A DNA stretch of 64,000 nucleotides from Candidatus Hydrogenedentota bacterium. GTDB lineage: Bacteria > Hydrogenedentota > Hydrogenedentia > Hydrogenedentales > JAEUWI01. The notes beneath the pieces were generated by a model. It was not told the origin of the DNA. It was given only the letters and a program-made list of their open reading frames with translations, and ran no database searches. A program made the position numbers and the translations under genes. How positions within the stretch are numbered: position 1 is the first letter of the stretch; every line of letters begins with the position of its first letter. Positions 50,060-61,534 of this stretch are shown here, in pieces. Location of the stretch: the NCBI GenBank assembly GCA_034669905.1, contig JAXMOL010000008.1:116659-180658 (forward strand), read 5' to 3'.

Positions 50060-51226
50060 TTAGATTCCCGCCTTGGCTTTCAGGGCTTCTGCCTGGTCGG
50101 TATCTTCCCAACGGAAGCCTTCGCCTTCGCGACCGAAGTGACCCAGGGCAGCCGTCTTCCGGAACTGGGGACGACGGAGATCGAGCTGTTCGATGATAGC
50201 CGCCGGACGGCAGTCAAAGTGCTCGTCGATGAGCTTGCTGAGCGCCGCGTCAGACAACGTTCCCGTGCCAAAGGTCGTCGCGTGCACGGATACGGGCTTC
50301 GAAACGCCAATGGCGTAGGCGAGCTGTACTTCGCAACGCTCGGCCAGGCCGGCAGCAACGATGTTTTTGGCCATGTAGCGGGCCATGTACGCCGCACTAC
50401 GGTCTACCTTGGAAGAGTCTTTGCCACTGAATGCGCCACCGCCGTGACGGCCCATACCGCCATAGGTGTCGACGATGATTTTCCGACCGGTAAGACCGCA
50501 ATCGCCTACAGGACCACCGACGACAAAACGACCCGTCGGGTTGATGTGGTAGGTGATGTCACCCTTCACATAGGTCTCAGGGAGGATGCCGCTGATCTCT
50601 TTAACCAGCGTATCGTAGATTTCCTGGTGCTCTACATTGGGGGAGTGCTGATTCGATACGACGATCGTGTCAATGCGAACGGGCTTGCCATCCACATACT
50701 CCACCGTAACCTGCGACTTGGCATCGGGCTGAAGCCAGGGAATCGTGCCGTCTTTGCGCAACTTCGTGATGTGGCCCAGAATCTTGTGGGACAGGGACAC
50801 GGGCAGGGGCATGAGCTCCGGGGTTTCGTTGCAGGCATAGCCGAACATCATACCCTGGTCACCGGCACCTTGCTCTTTGTCGATGCCTTCGCCCTCATTA
50901 ACGCCCTGCGCAATGTCGGCGGACTGCTTGTCGAGCGTTACCAGGACACCACAGGACGCGCCGTCAAAGCCGGAATCACCACCGTTATAACCGATGTCGA
51001 GGATCGTTTCGCGAATAATCGCGGGGATATCAACGTCCGCATTCGACGTGATCTCACCGGCGACCATGCAGATACCGGTCGTAACCAGGGTCTCGCAGGC
51101 CACCCGACTCTTCGGGTCCTGGGCGAGCATGGCGTCAAGGATCGCGTCGGAGACGTTGTCCGCGACTTTATCCGGATGTCCTTCACTGACGGACTCGGAA
51201 GTAAAGAGGATGCTTTCTGAACTCAC
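50060..51226 (-). CDS. metK: S-adenosylmethionine synthetase
   Basis: [19 protein letters not shown] and [12 protein letters not shown] start after AGAAGGAG. Confidence 0.97.
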   Translation of the reverse strand: MSSESILFTSESVSEGHPDKVADNVSDAILDAMLAQDPKSRVACETLVTTGICMVAGEITSNADVDIPAIIRETILDIGYNGGDSGFDGASCGVLVTLDKQSADIAQGVNEGEGIDKEQGAGDQGMMFGYACNETPELMPLPVSLSHKILGHITKLRKDGTIPWLQPDAKSQVTVEYVDGKPVRIDTIVVSNQHSPNVEHQEIYDTLVKEISGILPETYVKGDITYHINPTGRFVVGGPVGDCGLTGRKIIVDTYGGMGRHGGGAFSGKDSSKVDRSAAYMARYMAKNIVAAGLAERCEVQLAYAIGVSKPVSVHATTFGTGTLSDAALSKLIDEHFDCRPAAIIEQLDLRRPQFRKTAALGHFGREGEGFRWEDTDQAEALKAKAGI

Positions 51227-51275
51227 ATTCAACTCCTTCTATTCGGCAACCAATGGCGACCGTGTTGGGATGCAA

Positions 51276-51983
51276 TTACCCGACAAGGGAAGCGATGGAC
51301 GTGACGTCGAGACGGAAACCCGGCCCCATGGTCGAACTCATGGCGCAGCTCTTGAGGTACGTACCCTTACAAGCGGAAGGCTTGGCCTTCAGGATGGCGC
51401 GCATGATTTCCTTGGCGTTTTCCTGGAGTTGCTCGGCGGAGAAGGAGGCCTTTCCAACGGGCACATGAATGTTGGCGTTTTTATCGACGCGGAATTCGAT
51501 TTTACCTTTTTTGATCTCTTCAACGGCCTGGCCGACGTTGGGCGTTACCGTACCGGCTTTCGGGCTGGGCATGAGACCCCGGGGTCCGAGCACCTTACCG
51601 AGGCGGCCAACGAGGGCCATCATGTCGGGAGCAGCGACGGCGCTGTCAAAATCGGTCCAGCCACCTTGCACTTTCTGCACGAGGTCTTCGGCGCCAACGG
51701 CTTCGGCACCGGCGGCTTCGGCCGCGGCAATCTGATCGGCCTGCTTACAGAACACAACGACGCGGGCAGTCTTACCCGTGCCGTGGGGCAGGGAAACGGA
51801 ACCACGAACCATCTGGTCCGCGTGGCGGGGGTCCACACCGAGCAGGAAGGCGAGTTCAACGGTTTCGTCAAATTTGGCCGTCGCGCAGGCTTTGGTACCT
51901 TCCGTGGCTTCTTCGATGCTGTAGGACTTGTCGGCGTCCACTTTGCCTTCGAAGGCTTTGGTACGCTTCGTGATTTTTGCCAT
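51276..51983 (-). CDS. rplA: 50S ribosomal protein L1
   Basis: [22 protein letters not shown] and SSTMGPG. Confidence 0.98.
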   Translation of the reverse strand: MAKITKRTKAFEGKVDADKSYSIEEATEGTKACATAKFDETVELAFLLGVDPRHADQMVRGSVSLPHGTGKTARVVVFCKQADQIAAAEAAGAEAVGAEDLVQKVQGGWTDFDSAVAAPDMMALVGRLGKVLGPRGLMPSPKAGTVTPNVGQAVEEIKKGKIEFRVDKNANIHVPVGKASFSAEQLQENAKEIMRAILKAKPSACKGTYLKSCAMSSTMGPGFRLDVTSIASLVG

Positions 51984-51994
51984 GAGATTCTCCT

Positions 51995-52026
51995 GTGGTG
52001 CATACGAGGCAGTAGGCCTCTCCCAC
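51995..52026 (-). promoter_or_regulatory. Probable L1 autoregulatory binding site
   Basis: GTGGGAG-aggc-ctact-gcct-CGTATGC-ACCAC directly before the rplA AGGAG. Confidence 0.65.
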
Positions 52027-52106
52027 CTTGGTTAAATGGCGATTGGGGTATCTAAAAGAACACCGCCCCACCACATTGGGGGACGGTGCAAAAAACAAAC
52101 GTTATC

Positions 52107-52535
52107 TTAGTGCTCGATGAGGATGCCCATGCTGCGGGCCGTGCCAGCGATCATCCGTTTGGCGGAGTCGATGTCGGCCGCATTCAAATCGGGCATTTTC
52201 AGCGTGGCGATTTCTTCCACCTGCGCGTCCGTCACCGAACCCACTTTATTCTTATTGGGCTCACCAGAGGCCTTGGCCAGCTTGGCGGCTTTCTTGATAA
52301 GCACGGCCGCCGGAGGCGTCTTGGTAATGAAGCTGATGCTTCGGTCTTCAAAGACGTTAATGACAACCGGAATAATGAGTCCGGCCTGGTCCTTCGTGCG
52401 CTCATTGAACTGATTGCAGAAGTCCATGATGTTCACACCATGCTGACCGAGGGCGGGACCAACCGGGGGGGCAGGGTTGGCCTGACCGGCAGGTACCTGC
52501 AACTTGATTTGCGCTTTTAAGGGCTTGTCTGCCAT
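52107..52535 (-). CDS. rplK: 50S ribosomal protein L11
   Basis: [15 protein letters not shown] and GTARSMG. Confidence 0.98.
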   Translation of the reverse strand: MADKPLKAQIKLQVPAGQANPAPPVGPALGQHGVNIMDFCNQFNERTKDQAGLIIPVVINVFEDRSISFITKTPPAAVLIKKAAKLAKASGEPNKNKVGSVTDAQVEEIATLKMPDLNAADIDSAKRMIAGTARSMGILIEH

Positions 52536-52552
52536 GAGATTATTGCTCCAAC

Positions 52553-53215
52553 TTAGACGCGCTCAACCTGCCAGAATTCAACTTCTACACTGGTGAGACG
52601 TTCGAAAATTTCTACCAACACCTTCATATTGCCACGTTCGGCATTGATCTCGTCGATCTTTCCGATAAAGTTGGCAAAAGAACCATCCACGATTTTAACC
52701 CGCTCGCCTTCGTCGAATTCGACTTTGGGCTTGGGCCGTTCTTTCTCACCCCGGCTGACTTCCACGATTTCTTCAATCTCGGAATCTTCCAGGGGCACCG
52801 GCAAGGTGCGTGAACCGATGAAACCAGTCACACCCGGGGTCTCTTTTATCAAGTGCCAGAGCTCGGCGTAGTTCTCGGGATGCTCCGGCAACTGGACCAG
52901 CACATAGCCAGGATAGGATTTACGACTGCTTACCGACTTGGCATTGGGCCGTGCCTCACCATTCTCTTCCATGGGCACCAGCACGTTGCTGATAAGATCG
53001 GAAAGTCCAGCCTGCTCCGCCGAAGCGATTAGCATGGCCTGCACATTTCCTTCTTGACCCGAATGGGCATGGAGGGCATACCAACGGCGCTTGATACCGT
53101 CGTCCGGGACGCTGTTGAGCTTGATACCGCCCACATCCTCGGAATCACCTTCCTCTTCGACAACGTCTTCCGGCTCGATAGAGACTTCTTCGTCGTTCAA
53201 CGGCTCATCCGTCAC
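52553..53215 (-). CDS. nusG: Transcription termination/antitermination factor NusG
   Basis: [25 protein letters not shown] and a KOW domain; acidic N-terminal extension. Confidence 0.95.
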   Translation of the reverse strand: MTDEPLNDEEVSIEPEDVVEEEGDSEDVGGIKLNSVPDDGIKRRWYALHAHSGQEGNVQAMLIASAEQAGLSDLISNVLVPMEENGEARPNAKSVSSRKSYPGYVLVQLPEHPENYAELWHLIKETPGVTGFIGSRTLPVPLEDSEIEEIVEVSRGEKERPKPKVEFDEGERVKIVDGSFANFIGKIDEINAERGNMKVLVEIFERLTSVEVEFWQVERV

Positions 53216-53227
53216 GATATAGTCTCC

Positions 53228-53452
53228 TCAGCCAGTCAAGTTCAGCAGCATGAGCACGAACTGTTCAAACACTTTGTCGAACAGGAATACGATGCCAGCC
53301 ATTGCCAGCAAAAGGAACATGGTCACTTTGGTCGACACTTTCAGGTCGTCCAACGTAGGCCAGGTCACCTTACCCATTTCGACCATCACCTCTTCGTAGA
53401 ATAGCTGAAGGCGGGTGATGGGACCCGTTTTCTGTTCCGTAGCTGTTGCCAT
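53228..53452 (-). CDS. secE: Preprotein translocase subunit SecE
   Basis: EMGKVTWP plus one transmembrane helix; lies between tRNA-Trp and nusG. Confidence 0.93.
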   Translation of the reverse strand: MATATEQKTGPITRLQLFYEEVMVEMGKVTWPTLDDLKVSTKVTMFLLLAMAGIVFLFDKVFEQFVLMLLNLTG

Positions 53453-53486
53453 GAATTGCCCTTGCAGAAGTGATACTTAAATAAAT

Positions 53487-53562
53487 TGGCAGGCCTGGAG
53501 GGACTCGAACCCCCAACCTTCGGCTTTGGAGGCCGCTGCACTAGCCATTGTGCTACAGGCCT
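53487..53562 (-). tRNA. trnW: tRNA-Trp (CCA)
   Basis: 76-nt cloverleaf AGGCCTG..., anticodon loop CTCCAAA, T-loop TTCGAGT, ending CAGGCCTGCCA. Confidence 0.96.
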
Positions 53563-53614
53563 GCAAGGCTGATCCCCCACACGGGGGATCAGTAAAAAGC
53601 AGATTGGAAAATAA

Positions 53615-53764
53615 TTAGCGCGTTTCGCGGTGCACTGTGTGCTTGCGCTCGAACTTACAATACTTCTTCAGTTCCAGCCGATCCGGATGTTTACGCTTGT
53701 CGCGCGTACCGGTGTAATTGCGCCGTTTGCATTCGGTGCATTGTAGCGTGATTTTTTCTCTCAT
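53615..53764 (-). CDS. rpmG: 50S ribosomal protein L33 (49 aa, not in the ORF track)
   Basis: Manual translation gives [49 protein letters not shown]. Confidence 0.96.
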   Translation of the reverse strand: MREKITLQCTECKRRNYTGTRDKRKHPDRLELKKYCKFERKHTVHRETR

Positions 53765-53801
53765 GCAACTTTACCCACACAGTGATGGTCGAAAACGACC
53801 G

Positions 53802-54992
<1,191 letters not shown>

Positions 54993-55067
54993 GTCTTCGA
55001 TTCTCCCTTTCTTAGTGTGCCGACAGTCAATCGCGGCAACCCGCTTGACTAACACGAGTGTTTATCG

Positions 55068-57161
55068 TTAAAAACGGAAAGTACTTCCAGCCTTTTCCAT
55101 CACTTCATTTGCCACCGCCGTCGGTGCCGGTTCGTAGCTTGCAAACTGCATGCTGTACGAAGCGCGACCCTGGGTGCGCGACCGAAGCGCATTCGCGTAA
55201 CCGAACATTTCTGCCAGGGGAACGAATGCATTGATGGTCTGCGTAGAACCTTCGCTTTCCATACCTTCCAGACGGCCACGACGACTATTAAAGTCACCAA
55301 TTACATCACCGGTGTACTCGTCAGGCGTGACCACTTCAACCTTCATAACGGGCTCAAGCAATACGGGGGAAGCCTTGGGGGCTGCCTGCTTCAGCGCCAT
55401 GGAACCGGCAATCTGGAACGCCATTTCGGAGGAGTCGACCTCGTGGTACGAACCGAAGGTCAGGGTGACCTTCACGTCTACCATGGGGTATCCCGTAATA
55501 ACGCCCGTCTCAACCGCTTCCTTACAGCCTTTCATGACTGCGGGAATGTATTCTTTCGGAATCACACCACCAACAATTTTGCTTTCGAAGGTGAATCCCG
55601 TATTCGCTTCGCCGGGCTCAAGCGTGAGCACCACGTGACCATACTGACCACGACCACCGGACTGGCGTACAAACTTCGTTTCGGCTTCCGCCGCCTTGCG
55701 GATGGATTCGCGGTAGGCCACCATGGGCTTGCCCACGTTAGCTTCCACCTTGAACTCACGCTTCATGCGGTCCACGATGATGTCGAGGTGAAGCTCACCC
55801 ATACCGGCGATAATCGTCTGACCCGTTTCTTCGTCACTGCGGACGCGGAAGGTCGGATCTTCTTCGGCCAACTTAACCAGGGCTTCGGACATCTTGTCCT
55901 GGTCCGCCTTGGTTTTGGGCTCGATGGCAATGTGTACCACCGGCTCAGGAAAGTCTACCGCCATCAGCGTGATGGGCTTATCGTAGTCACACAGCGTGTC
56001 ACCCGTCGTCGTATTCTTACAACCGATAACCGCGCCGATAGCGCCGGCACGAAGCTCATCCAGGTCAGAGCGCTCGTCCGCGTGCATCTCAAGAAGGCGA
56101 CCAAGGCGCTCTTTCTTGCCGGAGCGCGTATTCAACACCTGGTCACCGGCTTTCAAGACACCGGAATAAACCCGAATGAAGGTCAGACGACCCACGTGGG
56201 GGTCCGCAACAATCTTAAACGCGAGGGCCGAGAAGGGCTCATCGTCCGAGGGCTTGCGGCTCAGGGCCACTTCCGAATCACGGGGCTCGGCACCAGTAAT
56301 CTCGTCGACGTCAACCGGGGACGGAAGGTAGTCGGTGACCGCGTTGAGCATGAGACGTACGCCCTTGCTCCGCAGCGCCGTACCCGCCAGAACCGGGGTA
56401 AAGATATTGTTCAGCGTCGCCTTACGGATGGCGCCTTTCAGCTCGTCCAGGGTAATCTCTTCTTCGGCGAAGTACTTCTCCATGAGGGCCTCGTCAGCCT
56501 CAGCGGCTGCCTCCACCAACTCACGACGCCAGTCTTCGGCCTGCTCTTTGAGCTCGGCCGGAATTTCAATCTCCACCTGCTCGGTCGCAGCACCTTCACC
56601 CTGCCAGGTGTAGGCCTTCATCTCAACCAGGTCAACCACTCCGTTGAACTGATCTTCCGCACCGATGGGAAGCTGAATAGGAACCGGGTTCGCACCCAGG
56701 CGCTCCTTCATACTACCGAAGGCCTTGGCGAAATCGGCACCCACACGGTCCATCTTATTGATGAACGCAAGACGGGGCACATGATAACGGTCAGCCTGAC
56801 GCCATACCGTTTCCGACTGGGGCTGAACGCCGGCAACCGCACAGAATACGGCAACCGCACCATCCAACACGCGCAGGCTGCGCTCCACCTCGGCCGTGAA
56901 GTCCACGTGACCGGGGGTATCAATAATGTTGATCTTATGACCATTCCACTCGCACGCGGTGGCAGCGGAGGCAATCGTAATACCGCGCTCACGCTCCTGG
57001 TCCATGAAATCCATGGTGGCAGCACCATCATGCACTTCACCAACACGGTGCACGCGACCGGAGTAGAACAATACGCGTTCCGTTACCGTCGTCTTACCTG
57101 CATCAATGTGCGCCATAATACCGATATTACGCACTTTATTTAGAGGAAGTGAGCGAGCCAC
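55068..57161 (-). CDS. fusA: Elongation factor G
   Basis: [29 protein letters not shown] and [10 protein letters not shown]. Confidence 0.99.
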   Translation of the reverse strand: MARSLPLNKVRNIGIMAHIDAGKTTVTERVLFYSGRVHRVGEVHDGAATMDFMDQERERGITIASAATACEWNGHKINIIDTPGHVDFTAEVERSLRVLDGAVAVFCAVAGVQPQSETVWRQADRYHVPRLAFINKMDRVGADFAKAFGSMKERLGANPVPIQLPIGAEDQFNGVVDLVEMKAYTWQGEGAATEQVEIEIPAELKEQAEDWRRELVEAAAEADEALMEKYFAEEEITLDELKGAIRKATLNNIFTPVLAGTALRSKGVRLMLNAVTDYLPSPVDVDEITGAEPRDSEVALSRKPSDDEPFSALAFKIVADPHVGRLTFIRVYSGVLKAGDQVLNTRSGKKERLGRLLEMHADERSDLDELRAGAIGAVIGCKNTTTGDTLCDYDKPITLMAVDFPEPVVHIAIEPKTKADQDKMSEALVKLAEEDPTFRVRSDEETGQTIIAGMGELHLDIIVDRMKREFKVEANVGKPMVAYRESIRKAAEAETKFVRQSGGRGQYGHVVLTLEPGEANTGFTFESKIVGGVIPKEYIPAVMKGCKEAVETGVITGYPMVDVKVTLTFGSYHEVDSSEMAFQIAGSMALKQAAPKASPVLLEPVMKVEVVTPDEYTGDVIGDFNSRRGRLEGMESEGSTQTINAFVPLAEMFGYANALRSRTQGRASYSMQFASYEPAPTAVANEVMEKAGSTFRF

Positions 57162-57385
57162 AATGTCACCTTTACAATTTTGCTTCAGAGTTTCTGGTGC
57201 AAAAAATTACACCAACTACAGATGCACAGACCCAATTAGGGCTAGGTCCACCCGAAAACACGACCAAACACGCCAGATAAGACTACCTGGCAACACTTGG
57301 CATATAAATCTATTGGTCCAGACCACCCCAAGCAAGACAACACAACGGTGCTACCTGCAAAACCCGGGGATAGAATCGGGATTAT

Positions 57386-57859
57386 TTAGAATCGGAAATG
57401 AGCAAAGGCTTTGTTGGCTTCTGCCATGCGGTGCGTATCATCTTTCCGCTTAACCGTCGTACCCTGCTTGGAGTACGCGTCCATCAACTCACCCGCGAGA
57501 CGCTCGCGCATGGTCTTCTCGCCGCGCTTGCGGGAGAACTCGATGATCCAACGGAAGGCGATGGCCGTGCGGGTCGCCGGAGCGATTTCCACAGGCACCT
57601 GATACGTCGCACCACCAACGCGACGGGACTTCACATGCAAAAGAGGCTTTGCATTGTCGATCGCGGTGGTAAAGACAGACAGAGGATCCTCGTTCGGAAG
57701 CTTTTCTTTGATCAGATCCAGCGCGCCATAGACGATAGATTCTGCAATGCTCTTCTTACCGCTTATCATCACTGCGTTGATAAACTTGCTGAGCGTCACG
57801 CTTCCGTGCTTCGGATCGGGCAGGATTTCCCGTTTCGTTATTTCTCTGCGTCGTGCCAT
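57386..57859 (-). CDS. rpsG: 30S ribosomal protein S7
   Basis: [12 protein letters not shown] and [10 protein letters not shown]. Confidence 0.99.
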   Translation of the reverse strand: MARRREITKREILPDPKHGSVTLSKFINAVMISGKKSIAESIVYGALDLIKEKLPNEDPLSVFTTAIDNAKPLLHVKSRRVGGATYQVPVEIAPATRTAIAFRWIIEFSRKRGEKTMRERLAGELMDAYSKQGTTVKRKDDTHRMAEANKAFAHFRF

Positions 57860-57902
57860 TATTAAATTCCATTAGCCTTTGTCACTCGTTATATTGACAA
57901 AA

Positions 57903-58325
57903 CTATTTCTTTGGTTTCTTAACACCATATTTCGAGCGACTGACCCAGCGACCCGTGTGAACTTCTTTACCGCCTTCTTCTTTGACGCCCGCTTGACCAC
58001 CCATGTCACCCTGGGAATCCAGGACACCACGGATAAGATGATAGCGAACACCAGGAAGGTCTTTCACACGACCGCCACGGATCATAACCTGCGAGTGTTC
58101 CTGCAGATTATGGCCAATACCCGGAATATACACAGTCACTTCCATGCCATTCTTCAGACGTACACGAGCCACCTTACGCAAAGCCGAGTTCGGCTTCTTC
58201 GGTGTCATGGTGTAGACGCGAGTGCAGGTACCCGAAGCTTGCGGACAAGCCTTCAGGGCAGGTGACTTTGTCTTCGAAACCTTCGTCTTGCGACAGTTTC
58301 GTACCAGCTGATTAATCGTAGGCAA
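57903..58325 (-). CDS. rpsL: 30S ribosomal protein S12 (140 aa, with a C-terminal insertion)
   Basis: [22 protein letters not shown] and RSKYG; TTG start. Confidence 0.98.
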   Translation of the reverse strand: MPTINQLVRNCRKTKVSKTKSPALKACPQASGTCTRVYTMTPKKPNSALRKVARVRLKNGMEVTVYIPGIGHNLQEHSQVMIRGGRVKDLPGVRYHLIRGVLDSQGDMGGQAGVKEEGGKEVHTGRWVSRSKYGVKKPKK

Positions 58326-58392
58326 TTTCGACTACTCCTGATAGGGAAATTGTGTTTGGACGCGCGGAATGCCGTCCAGACAATGGCCCACA

Positions 58393-58421
58393 AGCATAGC
58401 AATTTGTGAGACACATGTCAA
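58393..58421 (-). promoter_or_regulatory. Sigma70-type promoter of the rpsL operon
   Basis: TTGACA-N17-TATGCT with an extended -10 TG. Confidence 0.8.
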
Positions 58422-58645
58422 CAACTTATTTCAACGAATTGAAAGGTTGTGAGTATGCGTCCCGTAAACGCCACACCGAGGCAAGTTCCGTATTATCCAC
58501 TTTGCAGAACCCGAATGTCAAGGGCCACGCCAATTTTATTTCTATTCCCTGCGATCCTCGGGACATTAATCCGACCCAAGGGCCTTGCATGACCCACGGC
58601 TCCTTCCGTACTATGACTCAGTAAACTCAACCATAGGAATCACTT

Positions 58646-59887
58646 ATGTATCCCACTCTCCTCGTCTTCGGAAGTATTCTGCTCGCCGTCGGGCCCGATC
58701 CAATTCCTGGCCCCCATCCCACATTAGATGGCGATGGACTCGAATATCGCATTCAATTGGACACCGCGCTGCAGGAATTCGATGGGAAATCCTGCTGGTT
58801 TCACCCCCGCGGTGGGGTAATTCCACCGTCTAACGGCCAGAAAGGGGACCCCGTAGTCCTTTTGACCATGCAAAAATGGTTTGTAAGCGTCTCAGACTAC
58901 TTTTCGGGCCTCAGTTATATCCAATCCCGCGATCTGGGCAAAACCTGGTCGGAGGTAAAGACCCCCGAAGCCCTGGCATGGCGTCAGGAAGACGAGAAGA
59001 CCACGGTCGGCGTCTGTGATTTCACCCCGGGATGGCACCCCCAGACCAAAACCCTCTTTGGTATGGGCCACACGGTCCGTTACCAGAACGGGAAGCTCAT
59101 GCGGGACCCACGCCCCCGGGAGACCGCCTATTCAGTCTATGATGCCGAGAAGGATTCCTGGTCGGATTGGGAGACCATCGTCATGCCCGAGGAAGCCCAG
59201 TTCTTCAATGTGGGCAATGGCTGTGGCCAGTGGCTGGTAGACGACAACGGGGATCTGCTTGTGCCCGTTTACTTCAAGGCGAAAGGGGACGACACCTACG
59301 CCACGACAGTGCTACGCTGCGCCTTTGACGGGACCACGATCACATACCTTTCTCACAGCGATCCCATCCGTCATGACGATCCACGCGGGGTCTACGAACC
59401 TTCCCTTACCCGCTTCCAGGGCAACTACTATGTGACCATGCGCAACGATAAGCGGGCCTACGTTTCTTCTGCCGGCCCCGATCTGAACTTCGCCCCGAAG
59501 CGTCCCTGGACCTTTGACGATGGCGAAGAGATTGGCAGCCACAACACCCAGGCCCACTGGGTCACCCACAGCGATGCCCTCTTCCTTGTCTACACCCGCA
59601 AAGACGCCAGCAACGAGCACATCATCCGCAATCGCGCCCCCCTCTTTATGAGCCAGGTAGACACCGAAAAACTGCACCTCATCCGTAGTACGGAACAAAT
59701 CGTCGTGCCCGAACGGGGCGCCATGCTGGGTAACTTCGGGGTCGTCACCGTCAGCCCCAACGAAACCTGGATCACCGTGGGCGAGGGCCTGTATAAGCCC
59801 GAAGAAGCGATGAAGCACGGCGCCGCCGGGCGCGTCTGGACCTCACGGATCATCTGGTCCAAGCCGAATGAATTGCGCTTGCCGTAG
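58646..59887 (+). CDS. Secreted sialidase-like beta-propeller protein
   Basis: Signal peptide, Asp-box SRDLGKTW, RGVYEPSL, MRND and RNRAPLF. Confidence 0.7.
   Translation: MYPTLLVFGSILLAVGPDPIPGPHPTLDGDGLEYRIQLDTALQEFDGKSCWFHPRGGVIPPSNGQKGDPVVLLTMQKWFVSVSDYFSGLSYIQSRDLGKTWSEVKTPEALAWRQEDEKTTVGVCDFTPGWHPQTKTLFGMGHTVRYQNGKLMRDPRPRETAYSVYDAEKDSWSDWETIVMPEEAQFFNVGNGCGQWLVDDNGDLLVPVYFKAKGDDTYATTVLRCAFDGTTITYLSHSDPIRHDDPRGVYEPSLTRFQGNYYVTMRNDKRAYVSSAGPDLNFAPKRPWTFDDGEEIGSHNTQAHWVTHSDALFLVYTRKDASNEHIIRNRAPLFMSQVDTEKLHLIRSTEQIVVPERGAMLGNFGVVTVSPNETWITVGEGLYKPEEAMKHGAAGRVWTSRIIWSKPNELRLP
59675..59886 (+). repeat. Direct repeat C, copy 1 (212 bp, 3' end of the sialidase-like gene)
   Basis: Matches 60730-60941 with 4 mismatches, all in the last ~40 bp. 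Confidence 0.97.
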
Positions 59888-59895
59888 TTGTCCAG

Positions 59896-59924
59896 TTGAC
59901 AGTCCATGCCAGAACTGGCATACT
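59896..59924 (+). promoter_or_regulatory. Sigma70 promoter with a palindromic operator for the toxin-antitoxin operon
   Basis: TTGACA-N17-CATACT; ATGCCAG-AA-CTGGCAT overlaps the spacer and the -10. Confidence 0.8.
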
Positions 59925-59994
59925 TTTAAGAGAGCATTAGCATATACGATGACGGTGATGGCGGGCGGCAGTGGGGGTCTGGAGCAATCTAGCC

Positions 59995-60339
59995 ATGGAT
60001 GAATTGTATTTCGTAGGTGGCAGCCGCAGAGACTTGCAAAAGTTTCCGCAAGACGTACAGGAAGTAATGCTACACGGACTGCACTTAGCGCGAAACGGTA
60101 GAAAGCACCAACTGGCGAAGCCTCTGAAGGGGTTCCCGGGTGCCCGGGAATTGGAAATACCCTATGGCTACGCTGGCGATGCCTATCGCCTCATCTATAC
60201 GACACGATTTCCCCATGAAGTCCACGTGCTACACGCCTTCAAGAAAAAATCGAAGCGTGGCATCGCCACACCCAAGAAAGACATGGATCTGGTGCGAACG
60301 CGATTGAAGTCGCTGCAGGATTCCCATCCTGGCAATTAA
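59995..60339 (+). CDS. Type II toxin, RelE/ParE (HigB/Gp49-like) family
   Basis: KPLKGF, GDAYRLIY and VLHAFKKKSKRGIATPKKDMDL; toxin-first gene order. Confidence 0.88.
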   Translation: MDELYFVGGSRRDLQKFPQDVQEVMLHGLHLARNGRKHQLAKPLKGFPGARELEIPYGYAGDAYRLIYTTRFPHEVHVLHAFKKKSKRGIATPKKDMDLVRTRLKSLQDSHPGN

Positions 60340-60374
60340 AGAGTGCAACGCGCTCTTGGTCAAGGAGCAGAATA

Positions 60375-60704
60375 ATGACAACACCGAACACCTACAAATG
60401 CACCGAAAATGTTTTCGAGGATTTCGGATTTAAGAACCCCGAGCAATCATTGGTAAAATCCAATCTGGCCATGTACATTCAAGATGCTATGGAACTCCGG
60501 GCACTAAGCCAACAGGAAGCCGGAGCACTCATGGGGATCGATCAGGCCAAGGTGTCCGCCATCGTCAATGGAAAACTCAAAGGCTTTACGATAGAACGCC
60601 TGCTTCGCTTTTTGAATGCGCTGGATGTGGATGTGGAAATCAAGTTGAAGCCCAAGGCCAAGCGTCGTGAACATGCACAAACACTGGTGACCGGCAGGGT
60701 TTAG
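60375..60704 (+). CDS. XRE-family HTH antitoxin (HigA-like)
   Basis: NVFEDFGF and LSQQEAGALMGIDQAKVSAIVNGKLKGFTIERL; AAGGAG ribosome-binding site. Confidence 0.88.
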   Translation: MTTPNTYKCTENVFEDFGFKNPEQSLVKSNLAMYIQDAMELRALSQQEAGALMGIDQAKVSAIVNGKLKGFTIERLLRFLNALDVDVEIKLKPKAKRREHAQTLVTGRV

Positions 60705-60729
60705 TCCGTTAGGGCTATCTCTCTTGGGA

Positions 60730-60942
60730 CACCTCATCCGTAGTACGGAACAAATCGTCGTGCCCGAACGGGGCGCCATGCTGGGTAACTTCGGGGTCGT
60801 CACCGTCAGCCCCAACGAAACCTGGATCACCGTGGGCGAGGGCCTGTATAAGCCCGAAGAAGCGATGAAGCACGGCGCCGCCGGGCGCGTCTGGACCTCA
60901 CGAATCATCTGGTCGCAACCGAATGAATTGCGCTTGCCGTAA
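60730..60942 (+). pseudogene. Direct repeat C, copy 2: orphan 3' fragment of the sialidase-like gene
   Basis: Encodes HLIRSTEQ...NELRLP* with no credible start. Confidence 0.9.
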
Positions 60943-61014
60943 CCTGAAAATCGCGCAAAATAACCAGACCCACTTAGCCTCTTGCCACGTTGTAACCCCA
61001 GGAAGATGACCAGA

Positions 61015-61479
61015 ATGAATTCACCCGGCATGATCTCAGAAGCAAGCAAACACGATTATGCGGACCTTGTCGATCTGTGGGAGGCCTCCGTCCGCGCGAC
61101 CCATCACTTCCTCACAAATTCCGACATCGCGTATTTTCGGCCCCTGATTCTCAACGAGTTCCTCGACGCCGTAGAGCTTCGGGTCTTTCGAACGGATGAC
61201 CACAAAATCGCGGCGTTTATCGGCGTGGCCAACGGCAACATTGAAATGCTCTTTGTCGCCCCCCAACATTTCGGGCAGGGCCTGGGCAAGGCATTGCTCC
61301 TCTACGCTATCCAGAAGATGGATGCAGACAGGGTCGATGTGAACGAACAGAACCCACGTGCCGTGGACTTTTATCAGCACAATGGCTTTGAAGTCGTAGG
61401 CCGGTCGGAACAGGATAGTATGGGCAAACCCTTCCCCCTGCTGCACATGGCACTTTCCGATTCCAGATCCGTACAATAA
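61015..61479 (+). CDS. GNAT acetyltransferase (YjaB/YiaC-like)
   Basis: WEASVRATHHFL, MLFV...GQGLG and DVNEQN..A..FY...GF. Start uncertain (61006-61030). Confidence 0.85.
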   Translation: MNSPGMISEASKHDYADLVDLWEASVRATHHFLTNSDIAYFRPLILNEFLDAVELRVFRTDDHKIAAFIGVANGNIEMLFVAPQHFGQGLGKALLLYAIQKMDADRVDVNEQNPRAVDFYQHNGFEVVGRSEQDSMGKPFPLLHMALSDSRSVQ

Positions 61480-61534
61480 AACCCTGTCGTCGCCATTTCA
61501 TACCGCCCTTTAGCTTTACCCTCAGGAGTACCCC

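Noticed and set aside
53487..53562. tRNA-Trp as a prophage or island integration site
   Set aside because: There is no duplicated tRNA 3' end or integrase, and the rpmG-trnW-secE context is normal.
53568..53598. Hairpin CTGATCCCCC/GGGGGATCAG between rpmG and tRNA-Trp as a terminator
   Set aside because: On the coding strand the U-run precedes the stem rather than following it. It is more likely a processing or stability hairpin.
60724..60942. 72-aa ORF as an independent gene
   Set aside because: It is the duplicated C-terminus of the 58646-59887 gene, with a chance TTG and no ribosome-binding site.
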